Shown: one piece after another, positions 50,201 to 62,964 of the stretch
How positions within the stretch are numbered: the first letter of the stretch is position 1
How the letters are laid out: the number at the start of each line of letters is the position of its first letter
Assembly: GCA_048013815.1 (NCBI GenBank)
Contig: CM106585.1
Span: forward strand, 8,060,001 to 8,124,000
Length of the DNA: 64,000 nt
DNA from: Setoptus koraiensis
Taxonomy: Eukaryota; Animalia; Arthropoda
Reading direction: 5' to 3'
Notes under the pieces: model-generated
What the model saw: only the letters and a program-made list of their open reading frames with translations
The model's database searches: none
What the model was told of the DNA's origin: nothing
Translations under genes and position numbers: made by a program

Positions 50201-53200
50201 ATATAGGTCATTGTTTAAAAGAACAAATACGGTTGACTAACGGTGATCGGTAATAGTAGCAGCGTGTGTCACACAATTAACGGCACACATCAAACTGCAA
50301 ACTATCAAGCTGTTCGATCAGAAATGGTCTCCAATGAAAACTCAACTTTCTCTCTTTGCTTGCCCGCTCGCTCTCGAATTCTTCAAGATCATTGTTGGTG
50401 AGACCAGTGGCCAACCAACAAACAATTCAGTTTGCAGCAGCAATCTCTACAGAAGCGGCGTCGTATCGAGCCCGGCGGCAGCTTTCGATACAAGTGGACG
50501 CAAGTGCAGTAAAAGTAGAGATCGCCCAGGCGCGTAGGTGCAGCAACATGTTATATTTAATAATTTTGATTGATGTGAGCACTCGAGCAGTTGCAACTGG
50601 CCGCTACTGCAGCCACTAGTATGCCAGTTACGGCAGCAACGCAAACTGTAGCAACAAGTAATAAGAGTAATAATAGCAATAATAACAGTAAAATAAATTG
50701 ACGGAACGGAGGCGCTAGATTACATCTTGGCTTACAAGCGATTGAGGTTAATTTATGAAATAAAACAACAAATGAAATAATTGCCAGCCTCTCTCGCGAC
50801 TCGCATCGAACAGTGCTCCGGCTTTTCACCCATGGAGCCAACACACACTACAAAAGATGCAACTGTCTAGGCATGAGCATCAGAGGTATGGATGTTTGCC
50901 TATCTGGCAGATGCCGAAATAGTTCGCCAGATGATGATGATTATAACGTTTGAATGTAAGAGTCCCACTCACAGCTTCAGTAAGTAGTTAAGTAAGGTCC
51001 CGCTGGCGCCCCTGTGATATTAATGGCTTTCGTTGTCGTCGTTATTGTAGGATGGTGGCGACATGACACAAACAGTGTATGCCAACTATAAAATAAAATC
51101 ACTTTTGTCTCTTTGTAGCCGCCATTTTATTCGCCGTCACCCTTTGCTAATAATTAGGCTGCTCTACGTGTGCACTGTCAAAGCCCCTTGCGACCATCAA
51201 GTATCAACATTGGCGAGCTAGTTGCCGCTTGGCCGCTGCCAAGAATTAGAGGGGATCATCCATCATCAGAAGCAACAGAGACTCAACGACGAGTATGGCA
51301 ACATTTCGATTAATGATAAAAGTTTATTCTGCTGTTATTCTGCCTCATTGAGCGGCTGTGTGTCGGGCACGCACATAAACAGTAAAGGAGTTGACGAGAG
51401 TGATCTAAATAAGACGATGATCCCCAGCTACATGCTGTCCAAGTGCAATTGAGATCAAGTTTTGTTTTAGTCACCAACTCATATCTAATTGTACTAATGA
51501 TACGAAAATGATAAAAGGGGCAAGAGAGAAACAGTTCCAATCTGGATCTTCTTCCTACTTTTACTAGTGCACATACACGCTTAGTTATTAACCTATTCAC
51601 AGTTCAAGTTGGTGACACACTATTTGTACAATCAACTGTTGTTACATAACATAAGTACCAACTACTACATTATAGGCATATTCATGGTAGCATCATCTTA
51701 CATTGCATAATCGCATTAGATGATGGTCCACAACCACACACATTCATAAACATGTACATGGGACATACGTAAGGGGCGAGTCATGTGGGGGGTGCCAGTC
51801 TGGGGTGCACGGCGAGCATATCGAGTTTCATGTATTATTAATATAAACGGCATTTTTGATTCTCTTTCTCATTATTAGCGAAAACACTTATTCCATTTCT
51901 TTATTTCGCTCTCGCTCTGTGCGCAGTTTGCACAACTGTCCAGAGTGTGGTTCGTTGTCAAGCCGTTTGAACTTACTGAAATTGAATTGATTCTGTCCAA
52001 CAAAAACAAACACACAAAACGAGTTTGAATGCCATTGACACTAGCATAAATTGATTATCTTATAAGATAATAATCATCAATCTGGCCGGTCACTCACAAT
52101 CAGTGCGCCTCTAGCAAGGCCCAGCTAATGGCTTGATGTTGCTAAATCAGATTGAGATTTTTTAGTTCATAATTTAAGCTTTCAAATGGTCAATAAATGG
52201 TGTGTTCGAGCTCCAATTATTGACTGGCTCGCTGCTTCGTGGGCGCGTAAGCTCTTTACCACTGAGTTATCTGCAATCTGTAATATATGTGTGTATTTGT
52301 GTAATTGGTACTCTTTTGATTGATTGACTTTTTTTCTCTCTCGCTCTTGGTAAGAAGTTTGCGAACTCCAAATACTCAAAAACATTTATTTGCGGTTGCC
52401 ACACTAACAACCGCCGACTGTTACTTGTGTAACGCTGAGATGATCGAGGCATCATCAATACAACAACAACAACAACAACAAACAGCCTTAATATTTTTGT
52501 TGTTGACCGCAACTATATATGCCACCGCCATTAACAACAAACCACTAGATAGCACTAGCAAATCTTACAAGTTTCTAATCAAACTGACTTTCGGCTAGTG
52601 AATAAATCTAAATTTGATTATATACGCTAGACCGGCTAGGCGTTTTTGTTGAATTGATTCAGATCAGAGAGTGCACAAGTACAGCTCACTTATCAGCAGG
52701 ATGATTTGGCAATAAGTCAAGGCAGCTGGCTTATGTGTAGTTGCTTAACAGGTCACTAACTAACTAAAACTAACTACCTGACTAACCAACAAGAGGCAAT
52801 TCTCACTTTTCATCTAGCCGGCCATATCTGTTGTCTTTGCGAAGAGTTCGCTTTGAAAGTGCCTATTCAATTACGAGCAAACGTATAAAAACGTATGCGA
52901 ATGTGTGAATGGATGCCTGTTTGTTTGCCCGTTGTTGATGTTGTTGTTGTTGTTGTTGTTGCTGTTGTTACATAACTATTCCATCCATTTCAGTATGCGC
53001 CGCAGTCTCTCTGACCTGACAGCTGCGAGTGTGTGTTTGTGATCTCAATCTCGGGAGTAAAAATAACAATCACCTGGCGCCAGTGAGCTTATTCGGCAGA
53101 AGATTCTTATCTATTGAAGATTATACATAATGGCACACAGAGATTGATATTCTCTATGGGCTGTTGCGCAAAAGAACACAGCAACAGCATCGGCGACGAT

Positions 53201-56200
53201 CCCCTCAATTCCTTCAGCTTTGTCTCGCTTGGTCCATTGCCAACACTGCCCAATGCTAACTGCTAAATGCTCGCTGGAGGTGCCCATGTTAGTTTGTGGC
53301 CAGCAACAACGGTACATAATAATATTGTAATTATTGTTTCCTGTTCAAAACGACTCACTAACTCTATTCCATACGATACAACTTAGATTCCTTAGAGTCT
53401 CGCCTTAACAATGTGACTACTCAATTGGCACCCTGTTCAAGAATGGAGATGTGAATTTTGCTAAGCTCAAGCACACAATTTGACCCACATACTGCGCATG
53501 AATGAAGTCACTTTCTAGCAAGCGACCACGCTAATACTGGACAAGAATTCTTGCATTTGCTGCCGATGCATTAATCAACAGGTCTTAGCACCAACATCTA
53601 ACAATGTGTGCTGTACAAATGGTGGGAGGGCAACCATCTTCGTATGTTATTATTGTGTCTTGTAAGGGATGAGAGAGTGGGAGAGGCCACCTTCATCAAT
53701 GAATGGATATTTCTGGCAGCTTCCTCTCCCAAGTCTGTGCGCACTCAAACAGGCCGACTCATGGGCAGGCGAAACAACCATTTTTGAGTGATCACGCCAA
53801 AGAGTTGTAGCGGATGTGCAAACTGAAAAAAAAAGAAGAAGCCGCTTGTGCCTAGTAAGCTCACTCACTCACTGGCTTGCCGGCTCAACTTGCCGGCCAG
53901 CCAGATATGGCTGATGGCGATAGAATGTAGATGAGGCGCGCGCCGGAACGCTCATTACCATATACCCACAATGGCTTGTCAGTTACCAAGACAGTCGGGG
54001 CTCTCGGATGGATGCCGTCGAACATCCGGCATCCGGCTGGTTTATTGTTTGCGCTGGTGGCTGGATTATTGTTTGTGCCAGTGGTGGCGGCCATAGTCAA
54101 CGTTCGCACCGCTTGCGCGGCTCGAATGCGTGTCGGTAAATTATCATTTGCCAATACTATTGGCCCAATGGTGTAGAACAGCAGAGAACTTTTTAATACA
54201 TACGAACACACACACAACCAGAGAATTGTTGGCCGTGTGAATATAATGGATTTGGTTGTTAGTTCGCAAGCGATTTGATTGGATGGGATCTAGAGCGAAT
54301 CGGCTGCATCCGACGAGCAACATCGATACTTGTTAGCGGACATTTAAGCGATGCGTTGAACAGCAACCGGCATGGACAAGCAGCGTATAACATTCTTTGC
54401 TACATGCGCCACTGGTACTGTAATATGAATATAGAATGTGTGTGTGAGTGTGTGTTGCTCCTTTACATTCGCTTTTAATCATGGCCGTCGCTCTTATTGG
54501 TCGTAACGTTGCAAGTTGCAGTTGTATTGGAGTAGAGTGAGCACAAATGAGCGAACAACAACTATTCGCACAATTCGTCTCTCTGCACCAGTGGTGCAGT
54601 GTGTGCTCAAGCTGGTTCTTTGTATGCTATAGCACTGGCTCATCGGCGTCGTTCTACGGCATTAGTTCGATAGTTGCTCGTTGTGCGCAAATTTGTTGCC
54701 TCTCGCCGTCGATCGATGTGTGTGCTGTTCGCTCTCGTTGTTGTTGTGCTGCTTATGCGATGCTGTAACCATTCAACTTTCCTGTGACTGTGAGCGTATT
54801 TGAGTGTGTGTGTGTGCGTTCATCACAAAGAAAGTACGCACACACACACACACGGATGTTGCTATTCGATTTATAATTCGACATGATTTAGATAATATTG
54901 CCATCACACTACACACTGTGGTGTGTTATTGCAACGCACAACATAATTTCATTATTTTATCATCATTATTTTACTAATATTATTACTATTATTATTACCA
55001 ATAATATTATCGTCAGCGTTATTATTATTACTACACTGCTGATAACAAAAATGTCTAAACGTTGTTGTTGTTATCTCGTCACAAAAACCAGATTGGCATA
55101 TTATTATTAATATACACACACTCAAGCAACAACTGAAGCTGTATCATCGCAAGCAACTACGTAGCGTTTTTTATTTATTATCATCACTATTATTACACTA
55201 TCCAACATTCACAAGCACTCATGTTGGCAAGGCGACCAAGACACACATAGATCGACACATCGGAGACCAATTCTACATACAATAATAATCAGTTCGGTTC
55301 AGTTGTTGTGTAATCAATTCAACTATTATTATTACTATTACCACTACCGTCGTCGCTCCTCAACGAACTCTTTCATTCGACGGCATGACACAGATATCAC
55401 AAACACACACACACACACAATTAATAGCGACAAACAGACTGCTGAACAAGCTGACTTGACGAGCAACATTTACTATTATATGGCTATACACGACTATATA
55501 CTAGAAACAATACACACTCATTAGTGAATTAGTGTATTAGTGAATTAGCAAATAATGATGACAACAATGACCAAGATGGTGACGATGATAAGCGGATAAT
55601 CAACACACACACACAGCCACTAACCAAATGTAAACAGAAAGGCCGGCGCGACTTTTTCAACTTTTTCACCACCACCACTACCATCATTCGAGCCATTTAT
55701 GGAGCTATTCATTTCTTTGCTTGCTGTTGTTGCTGTTGTTGTTGCTGCTGTTGCTACCGAATTGTCAAGTCACACATCACATGGCCGATTACATACATAG
55801 CACTATTTTACCATCATCATCATCATCATCATCATTATAGAACGAGTGAACAACGACAACAACACACACAACTTAAAATAAGAACTATTGTAATTCTTCC
55901 TTCGTTCGCTCGTCGTCGTTAGCCTTCTCTTACTTGCTTCTGCTCCATGTTATTGTTGCTGTCTTAACAACAACAACAACAAGTAGCCGGCTGCTACTTA
56001 GCTCATTCACAGCAACCTCCTCCTACTACAATTCCAAAAACTTTAGGGGTCAACACATAAATTCTATTGGAACTCTCTTGTTTTCAAGCACAGGTCACAA
56101 CGATAGCAACAAGTTCTCCCTGTGTCTAGTTAGTAAGCAAGAAACGTACGAGTCAAGCAACAGATTTCTTCTCCAGAAAAAATAACAAGCAAGTGAGTGG

Positions 56201-56738
56201 GAATAGTTTAACTTAAAACTGCCATTTGCTGCTCCTAGCATAGACCACGCATTTTATCCAGCTCCTGTGGCGCTGCTGTTGCTATATGCTGTGGCAGTTT
56301 TATGCATGCAACCAACCTGATTGGTCTCTCCACTGTATAATCTTTGCTACTTGTACACACAAGGAGACACACAGACAGATATATATATTTATATAAATAT
56401 ATATATTTCCCAACTCACATGAGCCAACGTATACTAAAAAGACAACTTTCCATCGATACACACTTACTACCAACAAGAAAGTACTAAGACAAATTCCCGC
56501 TCAAGGATCTGAGAAAGAAAGAAGCGACATTCTCTCAAGTTATAGCTAGCTAAGCTTCAAGACTTCTGTCAACCCCCTCCTCCTCTTGCGTTTAATGATT
56601 GACCGCAGCCGAATTGTTCCAGCCTACTCATTAGATAGAGAAGAGTTGCGCAGAAAGGCTGGATAGATCATTGGTCGTGAAGTTCCTTTCTCATCTCGCT
56701 GTCTACATGCATTTATGTGATGATGATAAACTAACACT

Positions 56739-59700
56739 ATGGCCAAACGTAACACCGATAAACCGTCACAATTGATTAAACCATCATCAATTAGCACCCG
56801 TATGTTCAATGATGAAAATCCCACAGTCAGCATCAATGGCCATTCGCAGCAATCGATTGCCAGCAGAAACAACAACAGCAATAGTAGTCAACTACCACAC
56901 CAGTCCTTCATTCCTCGGCGTCAATCGTCCGAACTTACCAGTCAGCACCTCACCTATAAGTCTCCCACTGCCATCATAGGAAAGAGTATTAAATCAAACA
57001 GCAGTAGCAATAGTTCACCAACACATTCAATCCCATTGAGAAATTCTACAAATAATGATTTAATTAAGCAACAAAGACCACCAGTCTGTTCTAACAACAC
57101 GACCAACCTACCTACCCCATACAAGACTGACAAGCCGATACTATTAGACAGTGATCAACCGAGTGCCCAATTTCAAAATGTCTCGCCACCACAAAAAAAT
57201 TATGATTGTTATTCCGCGTATACTTATGACAAGTCAACCTCTGATGTGGTATTAAAACCGCCAAACGATTCTTCTATCACAATTGGTACTGCAATTGACA
57301 AGACCAACCACAATAACGAGCAAAGTGACTCCGATTCAAAGTCACATTCTAACAACAACAGAAAAAGAAGACATTATGATGCGACATATCAAAAAATGTT
57401 GAATGAGAGGCGACTCACGTACACTGTTACAGAGAACGACCTACCTAAAAAATATTTCAACAGAAAACAATCTTTAGATCCAACCAAGATAGATCAACTA
57501 CAACAAACCGACCTATACTCTGAAGTGCCAAATATGAATGTTATTGGTTTGCCACTTAGATACAGTCATTATGGCGACAATTGGGCCAATGATCATGACA
57601 ACCGTTCTAGATTACCCGAGTCGAGATTGTCGACACCTCAAAAGCAAAACAATCCGACGCTCTCAAGTCAAAGAAGGATGCTTGGAGATTACGTCCATCG
57701 TGTCAATGGATACATCTCTCAGGTCGATCCTTCGTCTATTTCCAGCACAAATGGAACTCGATCGACAAATTTAGAGACAAATGAAAGTTCTAGTCAGCAT
57801 AAGCAACGATCAATGTCGCCACAGAATCGACTTATGTATCGTCCTACCTTGCAATGGTCGAGTAAAATTCCTAAAGATGAGTTACCTAGATACAATTCTA
57901 GGATGGTTGGAAACGAATCTGAGAAGCAAGAATGTTCTCGCGTTGTTCGCCCAAAATTACTAGGATATCCCAACCACAAATCTTCCGTCAATAGATTGAA
58001 TGCAAAGCAGACCACAACAATTTGCAGTGAAGATCATCAAGATATTAATACACAAGGTGATAAGAAACAATCAACTACTAAACAAAAAAGTTCAAACTTA
58101 GACGATGAGAATTCGTCTCGTCAACCAAAATTCGAAGCATTTATCATGACAGGTGATTCCATGATTAAACTATCAAGCAACGAAACTGAGAAACAGCAGA
58201 AGCAGAAATTATGCCCATTCACAGCAGAGTTAACGCCAGCAGAGTTATATTTGAGTCAGCGACAGAATAAATTAATTCCGGAAAAATCCGGGGTTGATTC
58301 GGCAAACAAAAATGAACTAGATCATAAGCTACACAATAAAATATTCTACAATGATGATGAGCACGGCAACTCCAATTGTGATGCACAAACAAGTCATATC
58401 TGTGATACGAAGGTTAAAGCTATCAACAAATTTGCTGTAAATATAATCTCTCATGGTTTTACCACCGCAAGCTTGGATGACAAAACTGTAGATAAACAAC
58501 GAGTCACAGACACACAAGCGAGCGATACAATAGACAATTCTGGAGAGAACGGTCAGACCAGCCACATTCGCAAGTGTTCACCCTTACAGGCCATATCGTC
58601 GGAAAAGAAGAATGAAGAATATCTCGCTGTTAACAATTCATCATCATCATCATCGATACCAGGAGTTGACCAAAGCACTCAAACGAATTGGTTTCCAGCT
58701 CAAGACTGTAGAAATGATGTAACCGATATATACAAACCCAACGAACGCTTAAACGAGGTAGCCACCAACAACAACGTTCGCAGTACATCCAATGTCGCAG
58801 TTCAATGCACACATAATCATTTGACTTTGGACAGAAGTCGCAAGACAACTGATAATAACGAGTTAGCTGATCAACAGACAACTAGTGCCTCATCGCCTGT
58901 CTCATCAGCCTCATCTGGTTTTTATTCATCTGAAATTGTTGATCAGAACAAGCAAATCTCAAATCCTACTGGGCCACCAACAGATTATGATAGAATTCAA
59001 AATTCTATGAGTGAACGATTGAATTCCTCTATAACATTGAACAATGTTGTTGGACGTTCTGATATGTCATATAAAGATCAGTCCAATCCACCTAGTAATG
59101 CTGCTAGCATTATCGGCAACATGAATGACGCCACCCAAAGCGTCAAAGTAAAAGAATTATTCCTTGAGCCTGACGGTATAATAACAAACATAGTCAGGTC
59201 GAAACCGTCCAAGCCTTTGTTCGGCTTCTTGGGTAAAGGTAAACTACCGTCTTGTGATAATCTATTGGTTAACGGTAAAATTGAAGATTCGTCACCACCG
59301 CACACAGCTCGTGTGCATGGTGGACACCACAACAAAAATTTGATTGTCTTATCAGCTGCTCTTCAGCATGAAAATAAATCCATTCTATCTAATGATTTAG
59401 CATCCGCCATAACTAGAGATTCAAGCAATTCTATTTTATCTAAAAAGAATAATAATATTAGTAATAATTCAACTGCACCCATTGATGCTCAATCGACATC
59501 TATAACCAACGCTGCTAAACGTTTGTTTTTCAACAGCAATAAAAATATTACAAATAATTTTTTGCCACATGCAAAGGATGAGTACACCTATGACAAACAA
59601 TATGATAAGGAATCTCATGGAAAACACAAAAAATCAATAAAGTCCAGAAAAGATAATGATCTTCAGAATGTATACCCACTGCACGCGGCTATATCTCATG

Positions 59701-61550
59701 ATGATTTGTCGAATGGTCCAATACCAGGCACAATAAGACTACAACAATCCCATTTCTCATCAACACCATCAGTTGCTCATAATCTTCGACAAAACAAATC
59801 AACCACTAGTGGCCATATTTCTGATAATACCCCTTCGATAGCTGATGATAAAGAGAATAGGCCTCAACAACAAACACACATTCAGTCGATCCTCAAAATT
59901 AATAGAGAAGAATATCCTATTAAGATGGACAGCAGTCCCAATATTAAATCTTCACCAATAAATGATGGGGACATTCCTTCTCAGAGAGACATTGATCGCT
60001 ACAAATTATCTCTTCGAATGCCTGAGGATTGCAACGATGATTCTAGTTTGAAAGTCAACACACCAAAGAATAACACCAGCCCAAGTCAAGCGGCTGATGA
60101 CAGAGCAGCGGCTAGACGTCTAGCTGAACGGTTGTACAAACTAGACGGTTTCAGTGAATCAGATGTCAGTCAACACTTGTCGAGAAATAACACATTCAGC
60201 TTGTTAGTGACCGAAGAGTATCTACAATTTTTTGATTTTAGAGGAATGAGCTTGGACTCTGCACTTAGGAAGTTTCTATCCAAGGTACACCTAAATGGGG
60301 AAACACAAGAACGAGAATTGATCCTTAGCAAATTTTCACAACACTACTATGGGTGTAATAAAAGTAAATTTGCTCATTGGGAAGCAGTTCAGACACTCGT
60401 TTGTGCCCTTATTCTACTAAATACTGATCTCCATGGAGGACATAGCAAGAATCGCTCCAAACTAAGCATGGATGCATTTATAGCAGGGATTAATGACTCA
60501 ACCGCCTTGTTCAAAACGTCAGGAAATGAACACTGTGAGCTTAAACCATTTACTTTTCCGAAACACATGCTAGTAAAACTGTACGGTTCTATCAAGAAAC
60601 ACCCTCTCAAGTATAGCGATGACTCGAATGCCAAAAAGTTTGCAGCCGAGTTGGATAGTATTTATTCTAATGGCCGCGCCAACACTTTGCCAACGAGGAG
60701 GTTCGTACCTGGTGCTAATGCACCAACGTCAACACTCACAGCTAGCGCTAGAAAACAATTTAAATTAGGACTTCGTGATGAAAATCAATCCGACGATATG
60801 AGTGACACTTCATCTTCTATAGACTTCAAGACTGGTTATCTAATGCGAAAACGAATTTTTGACGCCAACGGGAAACCAACTCCACGTGGTAGAAGAGGTT
60901 GGAAACGTGTCTACATTACAGTAAAAGATTTAGTTATATTCATGAAGATTGTTGAAGACGCCAAGACAACAACGGATGATACTACGGACACTATAAGTTC
61001 TAACGCTAAGGCCTGGTCGGAAAATTTGCGTAACTCGATAAGAATTCATCATGTTTACGCTTCCAAAGCCACCAGCTACACTAAGCGTGAATTTGTCTTC
61101 AATTTACGTATTGCAGATCAGGCAGAGTACCTATTCCAAGCTTCTAATGAGCAAGAAATGAACTCTTGGATTGAGACTATTAACTTTGCCACAGCATGTC
61201 TATCAGCGCCAGTCCTTCCAGGTGCGGTGGGTTCAAATCAGAAAAAGATCCAGAGACCGTTGTTTCCTTCGTCTTATACAAAACTTTCATTTTGGGAGCA
61301 ACTCTTAGATCATGATGAACGTCTACAGAAACTCAAAGTCGAACTGGATGAACACTTAGCCAAAGCTCCGGTAACAAAAAAAGCAACTAAAAAGGACCGA
61401 TCTGATTTTATTGAGAAGATCGCTTTACTACGTCATGAAATTGAACGCTACAACACCTATGTAGAATGCATGAGAAAGAAATCAAACTCTCCAGAGGCGG
61501 TCTTGCTATCTAAACATTCTAAGTCATTGTCTTCATCATTCAAACCATAA
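56739..61550 (+). CDS. Efa6: PH and SEC7 domain Arf6 GEF (EFA6/PSD), single-exon CDS, 1603 aa
   Basis: Sec7 (AARRLAERLYKLDGF..LDSALRKFL..GETQERELILSKFSQHY..LILLNTDLHG), PH (GYLMRK..PRGRRGWK..KREFVF..YLFQA..WIETIN), C-terminal coiled coil, and the MTED motif QPKFEAFIMTGD. An in-frame TAA at 56727 precedes the ATG. Confidence 0.93.
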   Translation: MAKRNTDKPSQLIKPSSISTRMFNDENPTVSINGHSQQSIASRNNNSNSSQLPHQSFIPRRQSSELTSQHLTYKSPTAIIGKSIKSNSSSNSSPTHSIPLRNSTNNDLIKQQRPPVCSNNTTNLPTPYKTDKPILLDSDQPSAQFQNVSPPQKNYDCYSAYTYDKSTSDVVLKPPNDSSITIGTAIDKTNHNNEQSDSDSKSHSNNNRKRRHYDATYQKMLNERRLTYTVTENDLPKKYFNRKQSLDPTKIDQLQQTDLYSEVPNMNVIGLPLRYSHYGDNWANDHDNRSRLPESRLSTPQKQNNPTLSSQRRMLGDYVHRVNGYISQVDPSSISSTNGTRSTNLETNESSSQHKQRSMSPQNRLMYRPTLQWSSKIPKDELPRYNSRMVGNESEKQECSRVVRPKLLGYPNHKSSVNRLNAKQTTTICSEDHQDINTQGDKKQSTTKQKSSNLDDENSSRQPKFEAFIMTGDSMIKLSSNETEKQQKQKLCPFTAELTPAELYLSQRQNKLIPEKSGVDSANKNELDHKLHNKIFYNDDEHGNSNCDAQTSHICDTKVKAINKFAVNIISHGFTTASLDDKTVDKQRVTDTQASDTIDNSGENGQTSHIRKCSPLQAISSEKKNEEYLAVNNSSSSSSIPGVDQSTQTNWFPAQDCRNDVTDIYKPNERLNEVATNNNVRSTSNVAVQCTHNHLTLDRSRKTTDNNELADQQTTSASSPVSSASSGFYSSEIVDQNKQISNPTGPPTDYDRIQNSMSERLNSSITLNNVVGRSDMSYKDQSNPPSNAASIIGNMNDATQSVKVKELFLEPDGIITNIVRSKPSKPLFGFLGKGKLPSCDNLLVNGKIEDSSPPHTARVHGGHHNKNLIVLSAALQHENKSILSNDLASAITRDSSNSILSKKNNNISNNSTAPIDAQSTSITNAAKRLFFNSNKNITNNFLPHAKDEYTYDKQYDKESHGKHKKSIKSRKDNDLQNVYPLHAAISHDDLSNGPIPGTIRLQQSHFSSTPSVAHNLRQNKSTTSGHISDNTPSIADDKENRPQQQTHIQSILKINREEYPIKMDSSPNIKSSPINDGDIPSQRDIDRYKLSLRMPEDCNDDSSLKVNTPKNNTSPSQAADDRAAARRLAERLYKLDGFSESDVSQHLSRNNTFSLLVTEEYLQFFDFRGMSLDSALRKFLSKVHLNGETQERELILSKFSQHYYGCNKSKFAHWEAVQTLVCALILLNTDLHGGHSKNRSKLSMDAFIAGINDSTALFKTSGNEHCELKPFTFPKHMLVKLYGSIKKHPLKYSDDSNAKKFAAELDSIYSNGRANTLPTRRFVPGANAPTSTLTASARKQFKLGLRDENQSDDMSDTSSSIDFKTGYLMRKRIFDANGKPTPRGRRGWKRVYITVKDLVIFMKIVEDAKTTTDDTTDTISSNAKAWSENLRNSIRIHHVYASKATSYTKREFVFNLRIADQAEYLFQASNEQEMNSWIETINFATACLSAPVLPGAVGSNQKKIQRPLFPSSYTKLSFWEQLLDHDERLQKLKVELDEHLAKAPVTKKATKKDRSDFIEKIALLRHEIERYNTYVECMRKKSNSPEAVLLSKHSKSLSSSFKP

Positions 61551-61683
61551 ATAAAACAGATATTGAATTGTATGCAACAAGAATAAAATTGCAAATTACT
61601 ATTCTATGATACTCCATGACTATCGCGACCTTATGAGAGGAGGAATTTTATTATGAACGATCTAGTCTGTCAAACTTAGCTCG

Positions 61684-62964
61684 CTAACTATAAGCATAGT
61701 CTATTTGGTAACCACTACTATAAGTATCACAACAAGACTCCACAGTCAATCTTAATAATGACCTATCGGTGTTCCAATTGACCTTCATTGTTTTTCCGTC
61801 CTTTAGATCGTGCTGACATGTTAGTTTTCTCTTATTATGTTCAAGACTCAGATTATCAACACAGCATCCGTCGACATCATGAATATCACTAGTTTTCGCT
61901 GGGAATGATCTCTTCTTCAAGAAATTCTTTTTAAGTTTGGATTTTTTCTTTGGCGACAAACCATCATCATTGGAAGAAACGAAATTGTCTTGGCTGCATT
62001 GACGAGCGGACATCTCTAGTGTGTCGAATGACAAGGTTAAATAGTTAACAATGATATTTTTGGGTTTGATGAAACAAACATCGTAGCGATAATTCAATTG
62101 TTTTGGTTGTAAACTTCTAACGGGGCCATTTCGGGATTGTTCGCCACCAAAGCTTTGCAGGCAACCTGTAGGGGCACTATAAGGGTCGCCTTGCTCCAAT
62201 TGTGTTACTCTCAATGACCAGTATCTTGAATACTCGAGCGCCGAAGTCTTTATTGATAAAATCAAATTTTTCTCCTTGAAATCTAAGTAGAGGTGTTGAT
62301 TAGTGTTATTGCCGCATAATTTGGGTGAAAGCGGTTCATTTAGATCATTATAGACTCTAAAATGATCATGAAGGCATTCACCCATAACTGTTGGTTTGTA
62401 CAATTCAAGTTTGTCAAATTCAATTAGTAGTTGATTCACGCTTGGGCTGGACCTTTCAATGACTATTTCACAAATGGTCACCTTCTTCACTGGCTTGGGA
62501 TAAGCATCATTTTGGAGATAGATTGTTGCGCCTAGAGATCCTTGTTCTTTCGAAATGATACTACCACATGTTGTTTGTTTTACACAACAGACCAAGCTGT
62601 CGTTGGAGGGTAGTGAACGTCTGGCCGGGTCCGGAAAATGAGATTCGCCGCAAAATCCTTCAATATATCCATTGTTTTTGATACACGCTTTGCCAGTAGA
62701 GCAAACACCCAATCTTGATGAAATATAACTTGTGCAGACAGATTTTGGAAGGGCGATCTTGTTAAATTGGCTTGATTGTTTGTCGGTGAAATGAAGTATT
62801 TGTTGTTGTTGTTGGTGGTTGTTGATAGTTACTAGATTGTCACTACAGTCGCCGGAGTTGTTCAACGCGGTGAATACAATAACCAATAAGATGATAATAT
62901 TGTTAAAACGATATCTAGATGAAAGACATGAATTCTTGAGCATATCTCCCCTCATTTTTTCCAT
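61684..62964 (-). CDS. Secreted arthropod-type CUB-domain protein, 426 aa
   Basis: Signal-like hydrophobic stretch (IIILLVIVFTAL), Cys-rich GVCST..C..GFC..VCCV..TCG, CUB-like LLIEFDKLEL..GECLHDHF..KLCGNNTNQHLYLD..WSLRVTQ and APTGCLQ. Confidence 0.8.
   Translation of the reverse strand: MEKMRGDMLKNSCLSSRYRFNNIIILLVIVFTALNNSGDCSDNLVTINNHQQQQQILHFTDKQSSQFNKIALPKSVCTSYISSRLGVCSTGKACIKNNGYIEGFCGESHFPDPARRSLPSNDSLVCCVKQTTCGSIISKEQGSLGATIYLQNDAYPKPVKKVTICEIVIERSSPSVNQLLIEFDKLELYKPTVMGECLHDHFRVYNDLNEPLSPKLCGNNTNQHLYLDFKEKNLILSIKTSALEYSRYWSLRVTQLEQGDPYSAPTGCLQSFGGEQSRNGPVRSLQPKQLNYRYDVCFIKPKNIIVNYLTLSFDTLEMSARQCSQDNFVSSNDDGLSPKKKSKLKKNFLKKRSFPAKTSDIHDVDGCCVDNLSLEHNKRKLTCQHDLKDGKTMKVNWNTDRSLLRLTVESCCDTYSSGYQIDYAYS

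Noticed and set aside
2135-60634. Numerous 60-140-aa ORFs antisense or nested to real genes, or lying in microsatellite-rich introns
   Set aside because: They are shadows of coding exons or products of triplet repeats, with no motifs or splice support.
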